DNA from: an uncultured delta proteobacterium
GTDB taxonomy: Bacteria > Myxococcota_A > Polyangia > Polyangiales > Houyiibacteriaceae
DNA: 64,000 nt
Direction of reading: 5' to 3'
Assembly (NCBI GenBank): GCA_963699755.1
Contig: CAVOVB010000002.1
Coordinates: 128,001 to 192,000, forward strand
Shown: positions 29,905 to 40,455 of the stretch, one piece after another
Layout of the letters: every line of letters begins with the position of its first letter
Position numbering within the stretch: position 1 is the stretch's first letter
Translations under genes and position numbers: made by a program
The notes under the pieces: generated by a model
The model's input: only the letters and a program-made list of their open reading frames with translations
Database searches by the model: none
Told to the model about the DNA's origin: nothing

Positions 29905-31860
29905 ATGATCCCGATCAAGGTCGCGACCGCGTCGTTGAATCAGACGCCGCTCGACTGGGCTGGCAATCAGGAGCGCATCGAGAGGGTGTTGCGGCAGGCT
30001 CGATCCGAAGGCGCAACGCTGCTCGTACTCCCCGAGCTCTGTACGACCGGCTACGGCTGCGAGGACGCCTTTCTCGGACCCGACGTCGCTAGGCGCGCCT
30101 GGTCGATGCTGGTGGAGCTCCTGCCCCAAACCGGGGGCATGGTCGTGAGCATTGGGATGCCGGTGCGTCACAGAGGCGGCCTCTACAACACGGCCTGCGT
30201 CGTCGCGGACGGCCGTATCATCGGCTTCGCGGCAAAGGAGCACCTGGCGGGTGAAGGCCTGCACTACGAGCCGCGCTGGTTCAAGCCTTGGCCCAACAAT
30301 CAAGTGGTCGAGCTCGAGCGCGACGGCAAGAGCTACCCATTTGGCGACGTCTTCTTCGATTTCGCAGGCGTGCGGATCGGCTTCGAGATCTGCGAAGATG
30401 CCTGGGTTGCGCAACGCAGAGGGGCGCTCGACGGCCATGCGATGGACATCATCGTGAACCCGAGCGCGAGTCACTTCGCCTTTGGGAAGCACGAGGTGCG
30501 CGAACGCCTGGTACTCGAAGGGTCACGCTCGATGGCGGTGAGCTATCTCTACGCCAACCTGCTCGGCAACGAGGCGGGCCGTGTGATCTACGATGGCGGT
30601 TGCTACATCGCGCAAAATGGCAAGATGTTAGCCCGGTCGCAGCGGCTCACCTTCGACGATTCGGTCTTGACGAGCGCGGTCGTCGACGTCGAAGCCTCTC
30701 AAACCGAACAGGTTCGGACCACGAGCTTTCAGGCGGATAGCAGCGACCCGGGTGCCAAGAGAGTCAGCGTGGACTTCGAGTTTCCCCGCGCGAAGATGGA
30801 GCGCAGCGCGCCGAGCTCACCCAAATGGGAAGCCAGCACAAACCACAAAGAAGAGGAATTCATGCGGGCGATCACGCTCGCGCTCTTCGACTATCTGCGA
30901 AAGAGCCACTCGCGCGGCTTCGTGCTGAGCATCAGCGGAGGTGCGGACTCCGCGGCGGCCGCTTGCCTGGTCTCGCTCATGGTCGATCGCGCACTCGCAG
31001 AGCTAGGCGCCGAACGCTTCGCCGAAAAGCTCGGCACGAAAGCCGAGGCCAGCGCCCGAGACTGGGTCCACAACCTCCTCTGCTGCGCCTACCAGCCCAC
31101 CGAAAACAGCGGAGAGGTGACCCGAAACGCTGCCAGGGCCGTTGCTGAGGCGATCGGCGCCACGTTCTACATCCTCGACGTGCAGCACATCGTCGATGCC
31201 TACGAGCGACTGATTTCCGACGCCGTCGAGCGTCCCCTGACCTGGGAACAAGACGACATCACGCTCCAGAACATCCAGGCCCGCGCACGGGGTCCGAGCG
31301 TCTGGATGCTCGCCAACATGCGAGGCGCACTGCTCCTGTCGACGAGCAATCGCTCCGAAGCTGCGGTCGGCTACGCGACGATGGACGGCGACACCTGCGG
31401 AGGACTCAGTCCGATTGCCGGAATTGACAAGGCCTTTCTTCGTCGCTGGCTCCTCTGGCTCGAGCGCAAGGGCCCCGAGGGCATGCAGCCGATCACGGCG
31501 CTTCATGCGGTCAACGTGCAAACGCCGACTGCCGAGCTTCGCCCCAAGAGCAGTGAGCAGACCGATGAAGGCGACCTGATGCCCTACCCGGTGCTCGACG
31601 CCATCGAACGGCTCGCGATCGGAGACAAGCTGCCGCCCGCCGACTGTCTGGAGATTTTGCAAAGTGAATTCTCAGAGTACGACGAGGACACTCTCCGCGG
31701 CTGGGTCAAGCGCTTCTTCCAGCTCTGGTCGCGAAATCAATGGAAGCGCGAGCGCTACGCGCCTTCGTTTCACGTCGACGACAAGAACCTCGACCCGAAG
31801 ACCTGGTGCCGCTTTCCGATCTTGTCGGGCGGCTTCGAGCGCGAGCTATCGGAGCTCTGA
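29905..31860 (+). CDS. nadE: Glutamine-dependent NAD+ synthetase
   Basis: Nitrilase domain (PEL, K, EICED) plus SGGADS, QNIQAR, TSNRSE, PTAEL, QWKRER. Confidence 0.95.
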   Translation: MIPIKVATASLNQTPLDWAGNQERIERVLRQARSEGATLLVLPELCTTGYGCEDAFLGPDVARRAWSMLVELLPQTGGMVVSIGMPVRHRGGLYNTACVVADGRIIGFAAKEHLAGEGLHYEPRWFKPWPNNQVVELERDGKSYPFGDVFFDFAGVRIGFEICEDAWVAQRRGALDGHAMDIIVNPSASHFAFGKHEVRERLVLEGSRSMAVSYLYANLLGNEAGRVIYDGGCYIAQNGKMLARSQRLTFDDSVLTSAVVDVEASQTEQVRTTSFQADSSDPGAKRVSVDFEFPRAKMERSAPSSPKWEASTNHKEEEFMRAITLALFDYLRKSHSRGFVLSISGGADSAAAACLVSLMVDRALAELGAERFAEKLGTKAEASARDWVHNLLCCAYQPTENSGEVTRNAARAVAEAIGATFYILDVQHIVDAYERLISDAVERPLTWEQDDITLQNIQARARGPSVWMLANMRGALLLSTSNRSEAAVGYATMDGDTCGGLSPIAGIDKAFLRRWLLWLERKGPEGMQPITALHAVNVQTPTAELRPKSSEQTDEGDLMPYPVLDAIERLAIGDKLPPADCLEILQSEFSEYDEDTLRGWVKRFFQLWSRNQWKRERYAPSFHVDDKNLDPKTWCRFPILSGGFERELSEL

Positions 31861-32736
31861 GCCTACCAGCTGAGCCATGCGCTCGATTTCGTCGACCACG
31901 ATGTCGGGCCGCTCCATCGCCATGAAGTGCGTGACGTCTTCGAGGAGCAGGAGCCTGGTCTCGGGCCGGCAGCGCATGAAAGCCTTGCGCGACTCTCGGG
32001 TGAACGGCGGGCCGCTTTGCTCGCGCGCGAACAAGGTGATCGGGCAGCGCACTTTTTGGAGCGCGCGATACGGATTGACCGTCGCCGTGGCGAAGGTCTT
32101 GCTCTCCCAAGCCCGGTCGCAGCTCAGGCGAACCGTCCCGTCGTCGTTTTCGACCGTGCCGCCTTCGACGTAGCGTTCGATCCATTCGCGCTGCCAGGTT
32201 CGAAATGGCCCCTTGCCGACATAGTTCTCGACGGCTGCGGCTTTGGACGGAAACTCCATGCGCCGGCGCGCCGCCATCTTCGCGATCGGCACGATGCGTT
32301 CCGCCAGCCCGAGCGTGCGAGCCACGGCCAGCATCGGGATCTGAGCTGGGGGAACGATCACCGGGTCGATGAGCACCAGGCCGCAGACCAGGTCGGGGCG
32401 CGCCGCTGCAAGCTCCATGCTGACGGTCGCGCCCATCGAATGCCCGGCGAGAACGAGAGGCTGCGGGAGAGTGCTTGCAAAGGCTTCGAGGTCTTTCCGA
32501 TACGGCCGCCAGGATCGAAGCTTCCTCGGATCCGCGCTCGCTCGGGATCTGCCGTGTCCTCGCGCATCCATCAGATATAGGCCGATCGCCGGGTCGACCA
32601 CCGCTAGCAGAGCACTGTAGGTCTCCGCGTTGAAGCCCGTCGCGTGCGCGAAGTGAACTGTGACGGTCTCTTCGCCGCTCGGTTCGCGGCGGAGCACGCT
32701 GAAGTCTCCGAAACGCTCGCGTCGAACGGTCAGCAC
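31846..32736 (-). CDS. Alpha/beta hydrolase
   Basis: HATGF, DARGHG, GHSMG, THFMAME. Confidence 0.88.
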   Translation of the reverse strand: MLTVRRERFGDFSVLRREPSGEETVTVHFAHATGFNAETYSALLAVVDPAIGLYLMDARGHGRSRASADPRKLRSWRPYRKDLEAFASTLPQPLVLAGHSMGATVSMELAAARPDLVCGLVLIDPVIVPPAQIPMLAVARTLGLAERIVPIAKMAARRRMEFPSKAAAVENYVGKGPFRTWQREWIERYVEGGTVENDDGTVRLSCDRAWESKTFATATVNPYRALQKVRCPITLFAREQSGPPFTRESRKAFMRCRPETRLLLLEDVTHFMAMERPDIVVDEIERMAQLVGSELR

Positions 32737-32738
32737 GG

Positions 32739-33560
32739 CTACCGCGGGGAGATCCTCTTGAACACGCGCGCAACGATGCCGTCCGCGGTTGCAGGCATCA
32801 AACGCTTGAGCGCGTCCGCCACGCGCGTTTCTTTGGTGATCAAGACGCGGGGCGAATTCTGCTCGATGGCCTTGACGATCCGCGCCGCGACGACATCGGG
32901 CGTGGTGCCGAGGCGATCGAACAGCTCCTGCGTCCTGTCCCGAAGCTTCTGGTGCGTGTCGGTGACCAAACGAGCGTTCTGAATGATGTTGGTCTTGATC
33001 GCGCCGGGATGGACCGAAGTCACGCCGACCTTGTCTTCAGCCAACTCCGCCCTCAAGGACTCGCTGAAGCCTCGCACCGCAAACTTGCTCGCGACGTAGC
33101 TGGTTTGAAGCGGTGGGGCGATGATGCCGAACACGCTAGATAGGTTGACGATGTGGCCTTCCCCTGCAGCCTTGAGATGGGGCAGGAAGAACTTGCAACC
33201 GTAGATTACTCCCCAGAGGTTCACGCCGAGGATCCATTCGAGGTCCTCGACGCTGTGCTCTTCGAACGAGGCGTAGACGGTGACTCCGGCGTTGTTGATG
33301 AGGATGTTGGCGGCGCCGTGCGCACGGACGACCTCGGCCGCGAAGCCTTGCATTTGTGCCCTGTCGGAGACGTCGACCTGGTGGGCCGTCACGGTGGCGC
33401 CCCGGAGCTCGAGCTCATGGCGAACCCCCTCGAGCGCGGCCTCGTTCACATCACAAATCGCAAGTCGGCACCCCCTGCCCCCGAGGGCCAACGCCGTTTC
33501 GCGGCCGATGCCGTGCCCCGCTCCGGTCACAACCGCAACTTTCCCCTCGATTTCGCGCAT
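32739..33560 (-). CDS. Short-chain dehydrogenase/reductase
   Basis: TGAGHGIG, NNAG, YVASK; ATG at 33560 after GGAGG. Confidence 0.92.
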   Translation of the reverse strand: MREIEGKVAVVTGAGHGIGRETALALGGRGCRLAICDVNEAALEGVRHELELRGATVTAHQVDVSDRAQMQGFAAEVVRAHGAANILINNAGVTVYASFEEHSVEDLEWILGVNLWGVIYGCKFFLPHLKAAGEGHIVNLSSVFGIIAPPLQTSYVASKFAVRGFSESLRAELAEDKVGVTSVHPGAIKTNIIQNARLVTDTHQKLRDRTQELFDRLGTTPDVVAARIVKAIEQNSPRVLITKETRVADALKRLMPATADGIVARVFKRISPR

Positions 33561-33767
33561 CCGCCCTCCGGACCGGACCGTACAGGACCGCGTTCGGCAT
33601 GCAAGCCCCACCGTGCGGCCCCACCTGATCTAGCGTCCCAGCGAGGCCGATGGCGTCAGCACCAACACGGGAGCTGAACACTACCGTGGGGCTCGTACGC
33701 ACAAGCCGAGACGCCGGAAGATGGTGTCTTTTTCCGGGGCGCCTATCTGTTATGCTCGCGCGTCTTC

Positions 33768-35393
33768 ATGGCTAGGAAGAGCAACTACGACGCCGAGGTG
33801 CTCGTCATTGGCGCCGGCCTCGCCGGGATGGTGACGGCGCTCGAGCTCCTCGATGCGGGCAAGCGGGTGCTGGTGCTGGACGCCGCTTCGCGGGATCGCT
33901 TCGGCGGGCTCGCGCGTTGGTCGTTTGGCGGCATGTTCTTCGTCGACTCGCCCGAGCAACGAAAGAGCGGCATCAAGGACTCGGTCGACCTGGCAATGCG
34001 AGACTGGGTTCGCTACGGCGAGCTCGATCCCAACGATGTCTGGCCCTATCGCTGGGCCGAGGCGTACGTCCATCGTTGCACCGAAGAAGTGCGCGGCTGG
34101 CTCGCCGAACGGGACGTCAGCTTCTTCCGCGCTGTCAACTGGACAGAGCGTGGCTACTTCGTACCGGGCAACTCCGTGCCCCGCTTCCACATCGTCTGGG
34201 GCACGGGCGAAGGGATTGTGCTGCCCTTGATCCCGCGGCTCGAGGAGCACGAAAGAGCCGGGCGGCTCGAGCTCCACTTCGATCATCGCGTCGAAGGCCT
34301 GACCCAAGACGGCGGTCAAGTCGTCGGCTGCCACGGCGTCAATGGCGCTGCTCCATTCGAAGCACGGGGCGACGCGGTGGTGATCGCGGCTGGGGGAATC
34401 GCCGGCGACCACGACAAGGTGCGCGAGTTCTGGCCTCGAGATCAATGGGGTGAGCCCCCCGAGCCGATGCTCAATGGCTCGATTCCCGAAGCCGACGGCA
34501 AGCTCCTGGACCGGGCGGCGGCGCTCGGTGCCAACCTGACCCATCTGGAGAAGATGTGGAATTACGCCGCTGGGGTTCGACACTGGGAACCTCTATTCCC
34601 GAAGCACGGTCTGAGCTTGGTACCGATGAAATCGCCACTCTGGGTCAACTACCAAGGGCGCCGCTTCGTCGACCCGCCGCTCGTCGGCTCCTACGACACG
34701 CTCCTGCTCGTCGACAGAATTTGCCGCGAAGAGAAGAAGTACTCCTGGCAGGTCATGAACCGGAAGATCGCCAACAAGGAATTCGCGGTCTCTGGAGCGG
34801 AGTTCAATGAGGCCGTGCGCGAAAAAAAGCTCTTGGCGTTCATCGCTCGGCTCCTGCAGGGCAATGGCGAACAGGTCCAGGAGTTCATCGACCACTGCCC
34901 GGACTTCGTCACCGCGGGGAGCGTGGCTGAGCTGGCCGACAAGATGAACGCCTTGGCCGGCAGCGAAGACGTCGACGCCCAGATGCTCGAACGGGAAATC
35001 TCCGAGTACGACGCCAACATCGCGCGCGGCCCGAAGTTTCAAAACGACGACCAGCTTCGCCGAATTGCCCATGTTCGCCAGTACCTCGGCGACCGGCTGC
35101 GCACCTGCAGCATGGCACCCATTCTCGACCCGAACGCCATGCCGCTGATCGCGATTCGCACGCAGATCCTCACGCGCAAGAGCCTCGGAGGCCTCCAAGT
35201 CGATCTCGATGCGAAGGTTCTCGACACGGAGGGCAGGCCGATCCCCAATCTCTTCGCGGTCGGCGAGGCCTGTGGCTTCGGAGGCGGCGGTATGCACGGA
35301 AAGCGCGCGCTCGAGGGGACATTCCTCGGAGGCTGTGTGTATTCCGGTCGGGTCGCGGCTCGAGCTATCAACAGCGGTAAAGGGGTGAGGTAA
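33768..35393 (+). CDS. FAD-binding dehydrogenase (KsdD-like, COG3573-type)
   Basis: GAGLAG, WSFGG, GNSVPRFH..WGTG, TRKSLGG, GEACGFGGGG.HG.RALEGTFLGGC. Confidence 0.88.
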   Translation: MARKSNYDAEVLVIGAGLAGMVTALELLDAGKRVLVLDAASRDRFGGLARWSFGGMFFVDSPEQRKSGIKDSVDLAMRDWVRYGELDPNDVWPYRWAEAYVHRCTEEVRGWLAERDVSFFRAVNWTERGYFVPGNSVPRFHIVWGTGEGIVLPLIPRLEEHERAGRLELHFDHRVEGLTQDGGQVVGCHGVNGAAPFEARGDAVVIAAGGIAGDHDKVREFWPRDQWGEPPEPMLNGSIPEADGKLLDRAAALGANLTHLEKMWNYAAGVRHWEPLFPKHGLSLVPMKSPLWVNYQGRRFVDPPLVGSYDTLLLVDRICREEKKYSWQVMNRKIANKEFAVSGAEFNEAVREKKLLAFIARLLQGNGEQVQEFIDHCPDFVTAGSVAELADKMNALAGSEDVDAQMLEREISEYDANIARGPKFQNDDQLRRIAHVRQYLGDRLRTCSMAPILDPNAMPLIAIRTQILTRKSLGGLQVDLDAKVLDTEGRPIPNLFAVGEACGFGGGGMHGKRALEGTFLGGCVYSGRVAARAINSGKGVR

Positions 35394-35472
35394 GCAAGGT
35401 GACGCTCAGCCGGTTCCCAATCCGCCACAAAGTCAGGTACATTGGGCGTGCGCTCGAGCGCGAGACCAGCGA

Positions 35473-36108
35473 ATGAAGGGTTCAATGTTCAGTCGTCCAA
35501 TCCATGCAGCCTCATCGATCGCTTTGATGGTCTTGATGGTCTCGGGCGGCCTGGTCGGCGTCGTCCCGGCAGCATTGGCAGATGGCGCGCCCGAGACACC
35601 GAGCACCCCGAAGAACATCGACGCGACGCCTCCGCTGGTCCCCATTCCCAATGCCCGGGTTACCAAGACCGGCCTGCTCATCGGAGGCCAGCCCTCCCCT
35701 GGTCAGCTGAAAGCGATTCGGGACGCCGGGTACCAGACCGTCATCAGCCTCCGAACGGACAGCGAGCATGGCGACGAAGGTGAGCAAGTCGCGGTCGAGC
35801 GTCTCGGTATGAGGTTCGTGTCCATACCGGTCGCGGGTGCGGCAGGGCTCACCGCAGAGAACGCGCGCGCGCTCGCCAAGGAGCTCGGAGTGCAGGACGC
35901 GCTGCCCGCCGTCGTGCATTGCAAGTCAGGACAGCGAGTGAGCGCATTACTGGGCCTGAAGGCTTTCGTCGTGGACCGCGTCAGCGCTGCGGCGGCGATC
36001 GATTTGGCGAAGAGTCTCGGCATGACGAAGCTCGAAGCGGCGCTTCGAGAGCGAATCGCCGAGATCTGCAAGGCGGACAAGTCGCGCAACTGCGAAGAGG
36101 CGCCATGA
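35473..36108 (+). CDS. Secreted DUF442/Blh-like phosphatase-fold sulfurtransferase
   Basis: Signal peptide, GGQP, VISLR, HCKSGQR. Confidence 0.75.
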   Translation: MKGSMFSRPIHAASSIALMVLMVSGGLVGVVPAALADGAPETPSTPKNIDATPPLVPIPNARVTKTGLLIGGQPSPGQLKAIRDAGYQTVISLRTDSEHGDEGEQVAVERLGMRFVSIPVAGAAGLTAENARALAKELGVQDALPAVVHCKSGQRVSALLGLKAFVVDRVSAAAAIDLAKSLGMTKLEAALRERIAEICKADKSRNCEEAP

Positions 36109-36674
36109 GCGGCAAGCCAACGGCCTTGGTACTCCTCACGCAGGGCAGCGAGGAGATGGAAGCCGTCATCAGCATCGATGTGCTACGGCGTGCCGGAATC
36201 GAGGTCACCGTCGCTGGGGTCGAGGGCAGCGAGCCGATTCGATGCAGCCGTGGCGTGCTGATCACCCCGGACGTAGGGCTCGACAGCGTGGAGGGCGACT
36301 TCGACGTTCTCGTCCTTCCTGGCGGAGCGGAAGGCGCGCAACGGCTCGCGCTTTCCGAAAAAGTCGGAACGCTTCTCCGACGGCAAGAACAAAGCGGCCG
36401 CTGGGTCGCCGCAATCTGCGCCGCCCCGATCGCGCTCCAGGCGCACGGGGTTTTTCGACATCGTCAACTCACCAGTCATCCAAGCGTCAAGAGGATGCTC
36501 GAAGGTTGGGGCGAGTACAGCGAACACTCTGTCGTCGCCGATGGAAACCTGATCACGAGTCGGGGTCCAGGCACGGCGTTCCCGTTCGCCCTGCGGATCG
36601 TGGGCGCGCTGGTCGACGCGCAACGCATGGTCGAGGTGCGTGCGCCCATGATGTTCCCCGTGCAGGTTTCCTAG
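36105..36674 (+). CDS. DJ-1/PfpI family (ThiJ/YajL-like) glyoxalase III
   Basis: GSEEMEAV..DVLRRAG, LPGG..GA, AICAAP, TSRGPGT; ATGA overlap. Confidence 0.92.
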   Translation: MSGKPTALVLLTQGSEEMEAVISIDVLRRAGIEVTVAGVEGSEPIRCSRGVLITPDVGLDSVEGDFDVLVLPGGAEGAQRLALSEKVGTLLRRQEQSGRWVAAICAAPIALQAHGVFRHRQLTSHPSVKRMLEGWGEYSEHSVVADGNLITSRGPGTAFPFALRIVGALVDAQRMVEVRAPMMFPVQVS

Positions 36675-37354
36675 TCGGGCGGCCCGGGTGGCTGCGTCGC
36701 GCCGGGGCGAACCGAAACCTTGGCGCGAGCCGCGTAGGACAAGAGCTTGTGGACCGCGGTGCCGGCGAAGAACCCAGGAGCGGTGGGCGTCCGGTCAGGC
36801 TCAGGAACGGGCATCGTCGCGATGATCGCCCCGTCGCCCGCGTGGCTGAACTTCACCTCGGGGCTCAGCGCCTCGATCATCCGTTTCGACGCCGCGTTTT
36901 CGGCCAGCAACTCGTTCCGAAACCAGCGGATGTCGCGCTCCCAGGCGGCTTCGATCAGCCGCTGCAAGAGGATGGAGCCGAGTCCTTTGCCCTGGAACTC
37001 ATCCAGAACCGTCACCGCGGCTTCGGCGGTGTCCGGCTCGCCGGTAAGGCGCACGAAGCGCGCACTTCCAATGCCCTCGTCTTTCGAGACGAAGCGACGC
37101 CGAATGGCGCCCATCGCGAAATGGTCAATCCCGTCGACCTCGGTGAGGTATCGCAACTCCCTCTCGCTAAGCCGGGACTTGGGCGCCATGAAGCGCGCAT
37201 AGCGGGACTCGGGCGATAGGTGCTCGAAGCCCTCGCGGAGCATCTCCTTGTCCGATGGACGCATCAGACGCAGATGTACCCGCTGTCCGTCGTTGAGATA
37301 AACGGTTTCTTCGTACCCGCTGTCATACCGATACGCCTGCGTGGATCCCCCCAT
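36671..37354 (-). CDS. GNAT acetyltransferase (Pat-type stand-alone domain)
   Basis: L.DG..V.LR.MRP.D, F..LSPESRY.RF, AEAAVTVLDEFQGKGLG, LAEN. Confidence 0.85.
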   Translation of the reverse strand: MGGSTQAYRYDSGYEETVYLNDGQRVHLRLMRPSDKEMLREGFEHLSPESRYARFMAPKSRLSERELRYLTEVDGIDHFAMGAIRRRFVSKDEGIGSARFVRLTGEPDTAEAAVTVLDEFQGKGLGSILLQRLIEAAWERDIRWFRNELLAENAASKRMIEALSPEVKFSHAGDGAIIATMPVPEPDRTPTAPGFFAGTAVHKLLSYAARAKVSVRPGATQPPGPPD

Positions 37355-37366
37355 GACAGGACCAGC

Positions 37367-38134
37367 CTAGGCACGATCGAGCGCGCGCACAACCGCATCC
37401 ATGGCAGCCGCTGCGCCCGCACGAAGCCGGTAGTCGACGATGTGTGACACTTCGCTGATACCTGGATTGACCTCGACGGTCAGCGCGCCTCGGCGTCGCG
37501 CATCGACTACAGGCTCGGCGATGTATGGGAACACGCTGGTGGTCCCAATGGTGAACACCGCGTCGAAGCCACGCATCAGCTGCTCTTGAAGCAAGCTGGC
37601 GCGATCCATGGGCAACATCTCGCCGAACAAGACGACCTCGGGCCTGACCAAGGAGGCACACTCGGGGCAGGACGGCGGAATGTCGAGCCCCAGGTAGCTG
37701 CCTACGCGCCACCGGTGACCACAGCGGGTGCAGCGCAAACGATGCACGTCTCCATGAATGTCGATGACCTGGACGCTGCCCGCCGCATGATGGAGGCCAT
37801 CGACGTTCTGGGTCAGCGTCCAGACCCGTTCGAAACGGCTCTCGAGCTCAGCGATGACCTGGTGGGCACGGTTTGGACCTGCGTGTCTGCACGAGCTTTC
37901 GATCTGGTGGATGTACTTCCAGGTGACCCGGGGATCTCGCTGGAACATCGCCCCCGAGAGCGCCGCCTCGATGGGGATGCCTTCGTCGGTTTCCTCTTGC
38001 TCGTAGAGCCCTCCGATGCCCCGATAGGTCGGCAGACCCGAATCCGCAGAGATCCCCGCCCCTGTGATGAACAGGACGCTCCGGCTGCTCCGCAGCCGTT
38101 TGGCGATCTCCGAAACGTGTAGCTCCTCCATCAA
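37367..38134 (-). CDS. cobB: NAD-dependent protein deacylase (sirtuin)
   Basis: [25 protein letters not shown], CxxC...CxxC, RP.VVLFGE, GT(T)S. Confidence 0.9.
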   Translation of the reverse strand: MMEELHVSEIAKRLRSSRSVLFITGAGISADSGLPTYRGIGGLYEQEETDEGIPIEAALSGAMFQRDPRVTWKYIHQIESSCRHAGPNRAHQVIAELESRFERVWTLTQNVDGLHHAAGSVQVIDIHGDVHRLRCTRCGHRWRVGSYLGLDIPPSCPECASLVRPEVVLFGEMLPMDRASLLQEQLMRGFDAVFTIGTTSVFPYIAEPVVDARRRGALTVEVNPGISEVSHIVDYRLRAGAAAAMDAVVRALDRA

Positions 38135-38218
38135 GCTTGGTTATCGTACTATCGTCTGAACGCCAAGTCGGGGCCCGAGGCACTAGCGCCACGGCCAAAG
38201 TTCCCTATAGGATCTGGG

Positions 38219-38866
38219 ATGTTCTTCGGTTCCGAAAAGAAGCTTCGAATGCCTGCTCGCGAGCAGGCCCTCCCCGGACGCGACGCGAAGATGCCTGTCG
38301 CGAAGCGCCATTTCGTCCTCGGAACACCACTCGAGGGCCCGTTCCCCGAGGACACACGAAAAGCCATGTTCGGCCTTGGGTGCTTCTGGGGCGCGGAGCG
38401 AAAGTTCTGGCAAGCTCGGGGTGTGTTCACCACGGCGGTAGGCTATGCGGCGGGCCTCACTCCGAACCCCACGTACCAAGAGGTTTGCTCGGGCATGACC
38501 GGGCACAACGAGGTCGTGCTGGTCGTCTACCGGCCCGCCGAGGTCAGCTACGAAGAGCTTCTCGAGATGTTCTGGGAAAGCCATGACCCGACCCAGGGCA
38601 TGCGACAGGGCAACGACCGCGGTACGCAATACCGGTCGGGTATCTACTATTTCGATGATGACCAGCGCCAACTGGCGACTGAGTCGATGCAGCGCTACCA
38701 GCGCGCGCTCAACGACGCAGGGTATCCACCGATCGCCACCGAGATCATCGCGGCTCCGACGTTTTACTATGCTGAGAAGTACCATCAGCAGTACCTCGCG
38801 AAAAACCCGGCCGGCTATTGTGGCCTGGGCGGCACCGGGGTGACCTGCCCCAGCAAGCTCGTGTAG
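38219..38866 (+). CDS. msrA: Peptide methionine sulfoxide reductase A
   Basis: GCFWG, NPTY.EVCSG.TGH.E, HDPTQ..RQGND.GTQYRS, AE.YHQQYL. Confidence 0.97.
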   Translation: MFFGSEKKLRMPAREQALPGRDAKMPVAKRHFVLGTPLEGPFPEDTRKAMFGLGCFWGAERKFWQARGVFTTAVGYAAGLTPNPTYQEVCSGMTGHNEVVLVVYRPAEVSYEELLEMFWESHDPTQGMRQGNDRGTQYRSGIYYFDDDQRQLATESMQRYQRALNDAGYPPIATEIIAAPTFYYAEKYHQQYLAKNPAGYCGLGGTGVTCPSKLV

Positions 38867-39012
38867 CTCTGAGAGACAGCGAGTAAAGCTCGGAGATCAG
38901 CTGGATACTTGTGCCTCATCAAGGCCCTTTTTTGGTTGACCTATCGGCGTGCTTTGAATGTATCCTGCGCCGACCCGCCAGGTCGGACGCTGGGTAGAGG
39001 AGCCCCCCCGTA

Positions 39013-40455
39013 ATGAAGCACAAACTCTTGACGGCGTGCCTGCTGATAGGCTTGCTGACTCCGGCGCTTGCGAGCGCCAATCCCGAGCCCACCGCCTACG
39101 ACAGCCGAAGCATCGGGATGGGGCTCACCGGGGTGACCTATCTGGATCATGCGTCCGCGCTCGTGCTCAACCCAGCGAACCTGGAAGGAATCGAGAAGCT
39201 CGGCTTCACGATCAACTTCACCGCTCTGTTCGTGAACCAGCGAGCGCCGGTGATCGGCCCCGGCACCCGGCTCGATTCAGGCGTGGGCTTTGGTCCCTTG
39301 CCGTCTGGGTTCATCGCGGGAAGGATCGCCCCGCGCGTCGTCTTCGCAGGCGGCATCTACATCGAGACCGGCTACGGCTCGTCCTTCAGTCAGGTGCGGT
39401 GCTTGGATGGCGCGACCGTGGGAGGACCGCCCGACTACGCGCCGGACACCGATCCGGCGACCTGCTTGAATCCGACTCCCGAAGACCTCGACGTGACGTT
39501 CTTCGTCGGCGAGTTCTCGGCGGGCTTTTCCTTCAAGGCCCACGAGAAGTTTTCGCTTGGGCTCGCGCTCCGCCTGCCCTTTTCGAAGCAGACCGCTGAC
39601 CTCTATCAGAACATCGGTGCGGCCACGGAAATTCTTGCGAGCCCAACCTATGGACGGGTGAAGAACGACCTCGGCGGCGTGGGCGTTCCCTCGCTTCGAT
39701 TCGGCTTCACCATCAAGCCACACCGCAAGGTCCGGATCAGCGGAATGTACCGCATGGCTACCAAAATCAAGCTCACGGGAACGACCGAAACGGCGCTCGC
39801 CCCGTCGCTTCCCCCTGTGACTCTCGACGGCGAAGCGGACTGGTTTCTGCCGCATGCGGTCGCCTTTGGTGTCTCTTATCAAGCCAACAGCCATCTGCTC
39901 TTGGCGTTCGAAGGACGGATCCAGTTCCACGCGGCCAAGAAGAGCGGCAACCAGAATCAGACCGTGACCGCAACGGACCCCAATGGCGCGTTTCCTGACA
40001 CGCGCCTCGTCGTGCCCTTTGGCTGGGAGAACGCCTGGAGCGCCAAGATCGGCTTTGAATATCGCTTCAACAAAGATTTCCTGGCGCTTCGACTGGGCGC
40101 CAACGTTGCCAAGGGAGCCACCAGCGCCGAGTGGGCACAGTACTTCACTCCGCCTCCCGCTCCCGCCGGCCTTCAAACCGTGACCGCCGGCCTGGGCTTT
40201 TACTGGGATGACCGGAACGACCCGAGCATCAAAGACAAGTACAGGCTCGACCTCGGGGGCCTCTTCGCCTTCACCAAAGACACCATTGGCTACGAATATA
40301 TCGGCCAGCAGGCTCTGGTGCCGGGCGGCGACCCGGATAACCCAGTTGACAATCCGCGGATCTGTTCTGCGGATCAAGTCGTCCGCACCGGCTGCCCTGG
40401 AGAGTACCGCGTATATAGCTACTGGGCTTCGGTCTCGTTCACTCTGCAGTACTAG
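39013..40455 (+). CDS. Outer-membrane OmpP1/FadL family transporter
   Basis: Signal peptide, RSIGMG, A...NPA.L, amphipathic beta-strands, C-terminal aromatic residue. Confidence 0.75.
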   Translation: MKHKLLTACLLIGLLTPALASANPEPTAYDSRSIGMGLTGVTYLDHASALVLNPANLEGIEKLGFTINFTALFVNQRAPVIGPGTRLDSGVGFGPLPSGFIAGRIAPRVVFAGGIYIETGYGSSFSQVRCLDGATVGGPPDYAPDTDPATCLNPTPEDLDVTFFVGEFSAGFSFKAHEKFSLGLALRLPFSKQTADLYQNIGAATEILASPTYGRVKNDLGGVGVPSLRFGFTIKPHRKVRISGMYRMATKIKLTGTTETALAPSLPPVTLDGEADWFLPHAVAFGVSYQANSHLLLAFEGRIQFHAAKKSGNQNQTVTATDPNGAFPDTRLVVPFGWENAWSAKIGFEYRFNKDFLALRLGANVAKGATSAEWAQYFTPPPAPAGLQTVTAGLGFYWDDRNDPSIKDKYRLDLGGLFAFTKDTIGYEYIGQQALVPGGDPDNPVDNPRICSADQVVRTGCPGEYRVYSYWASVSFTLQY

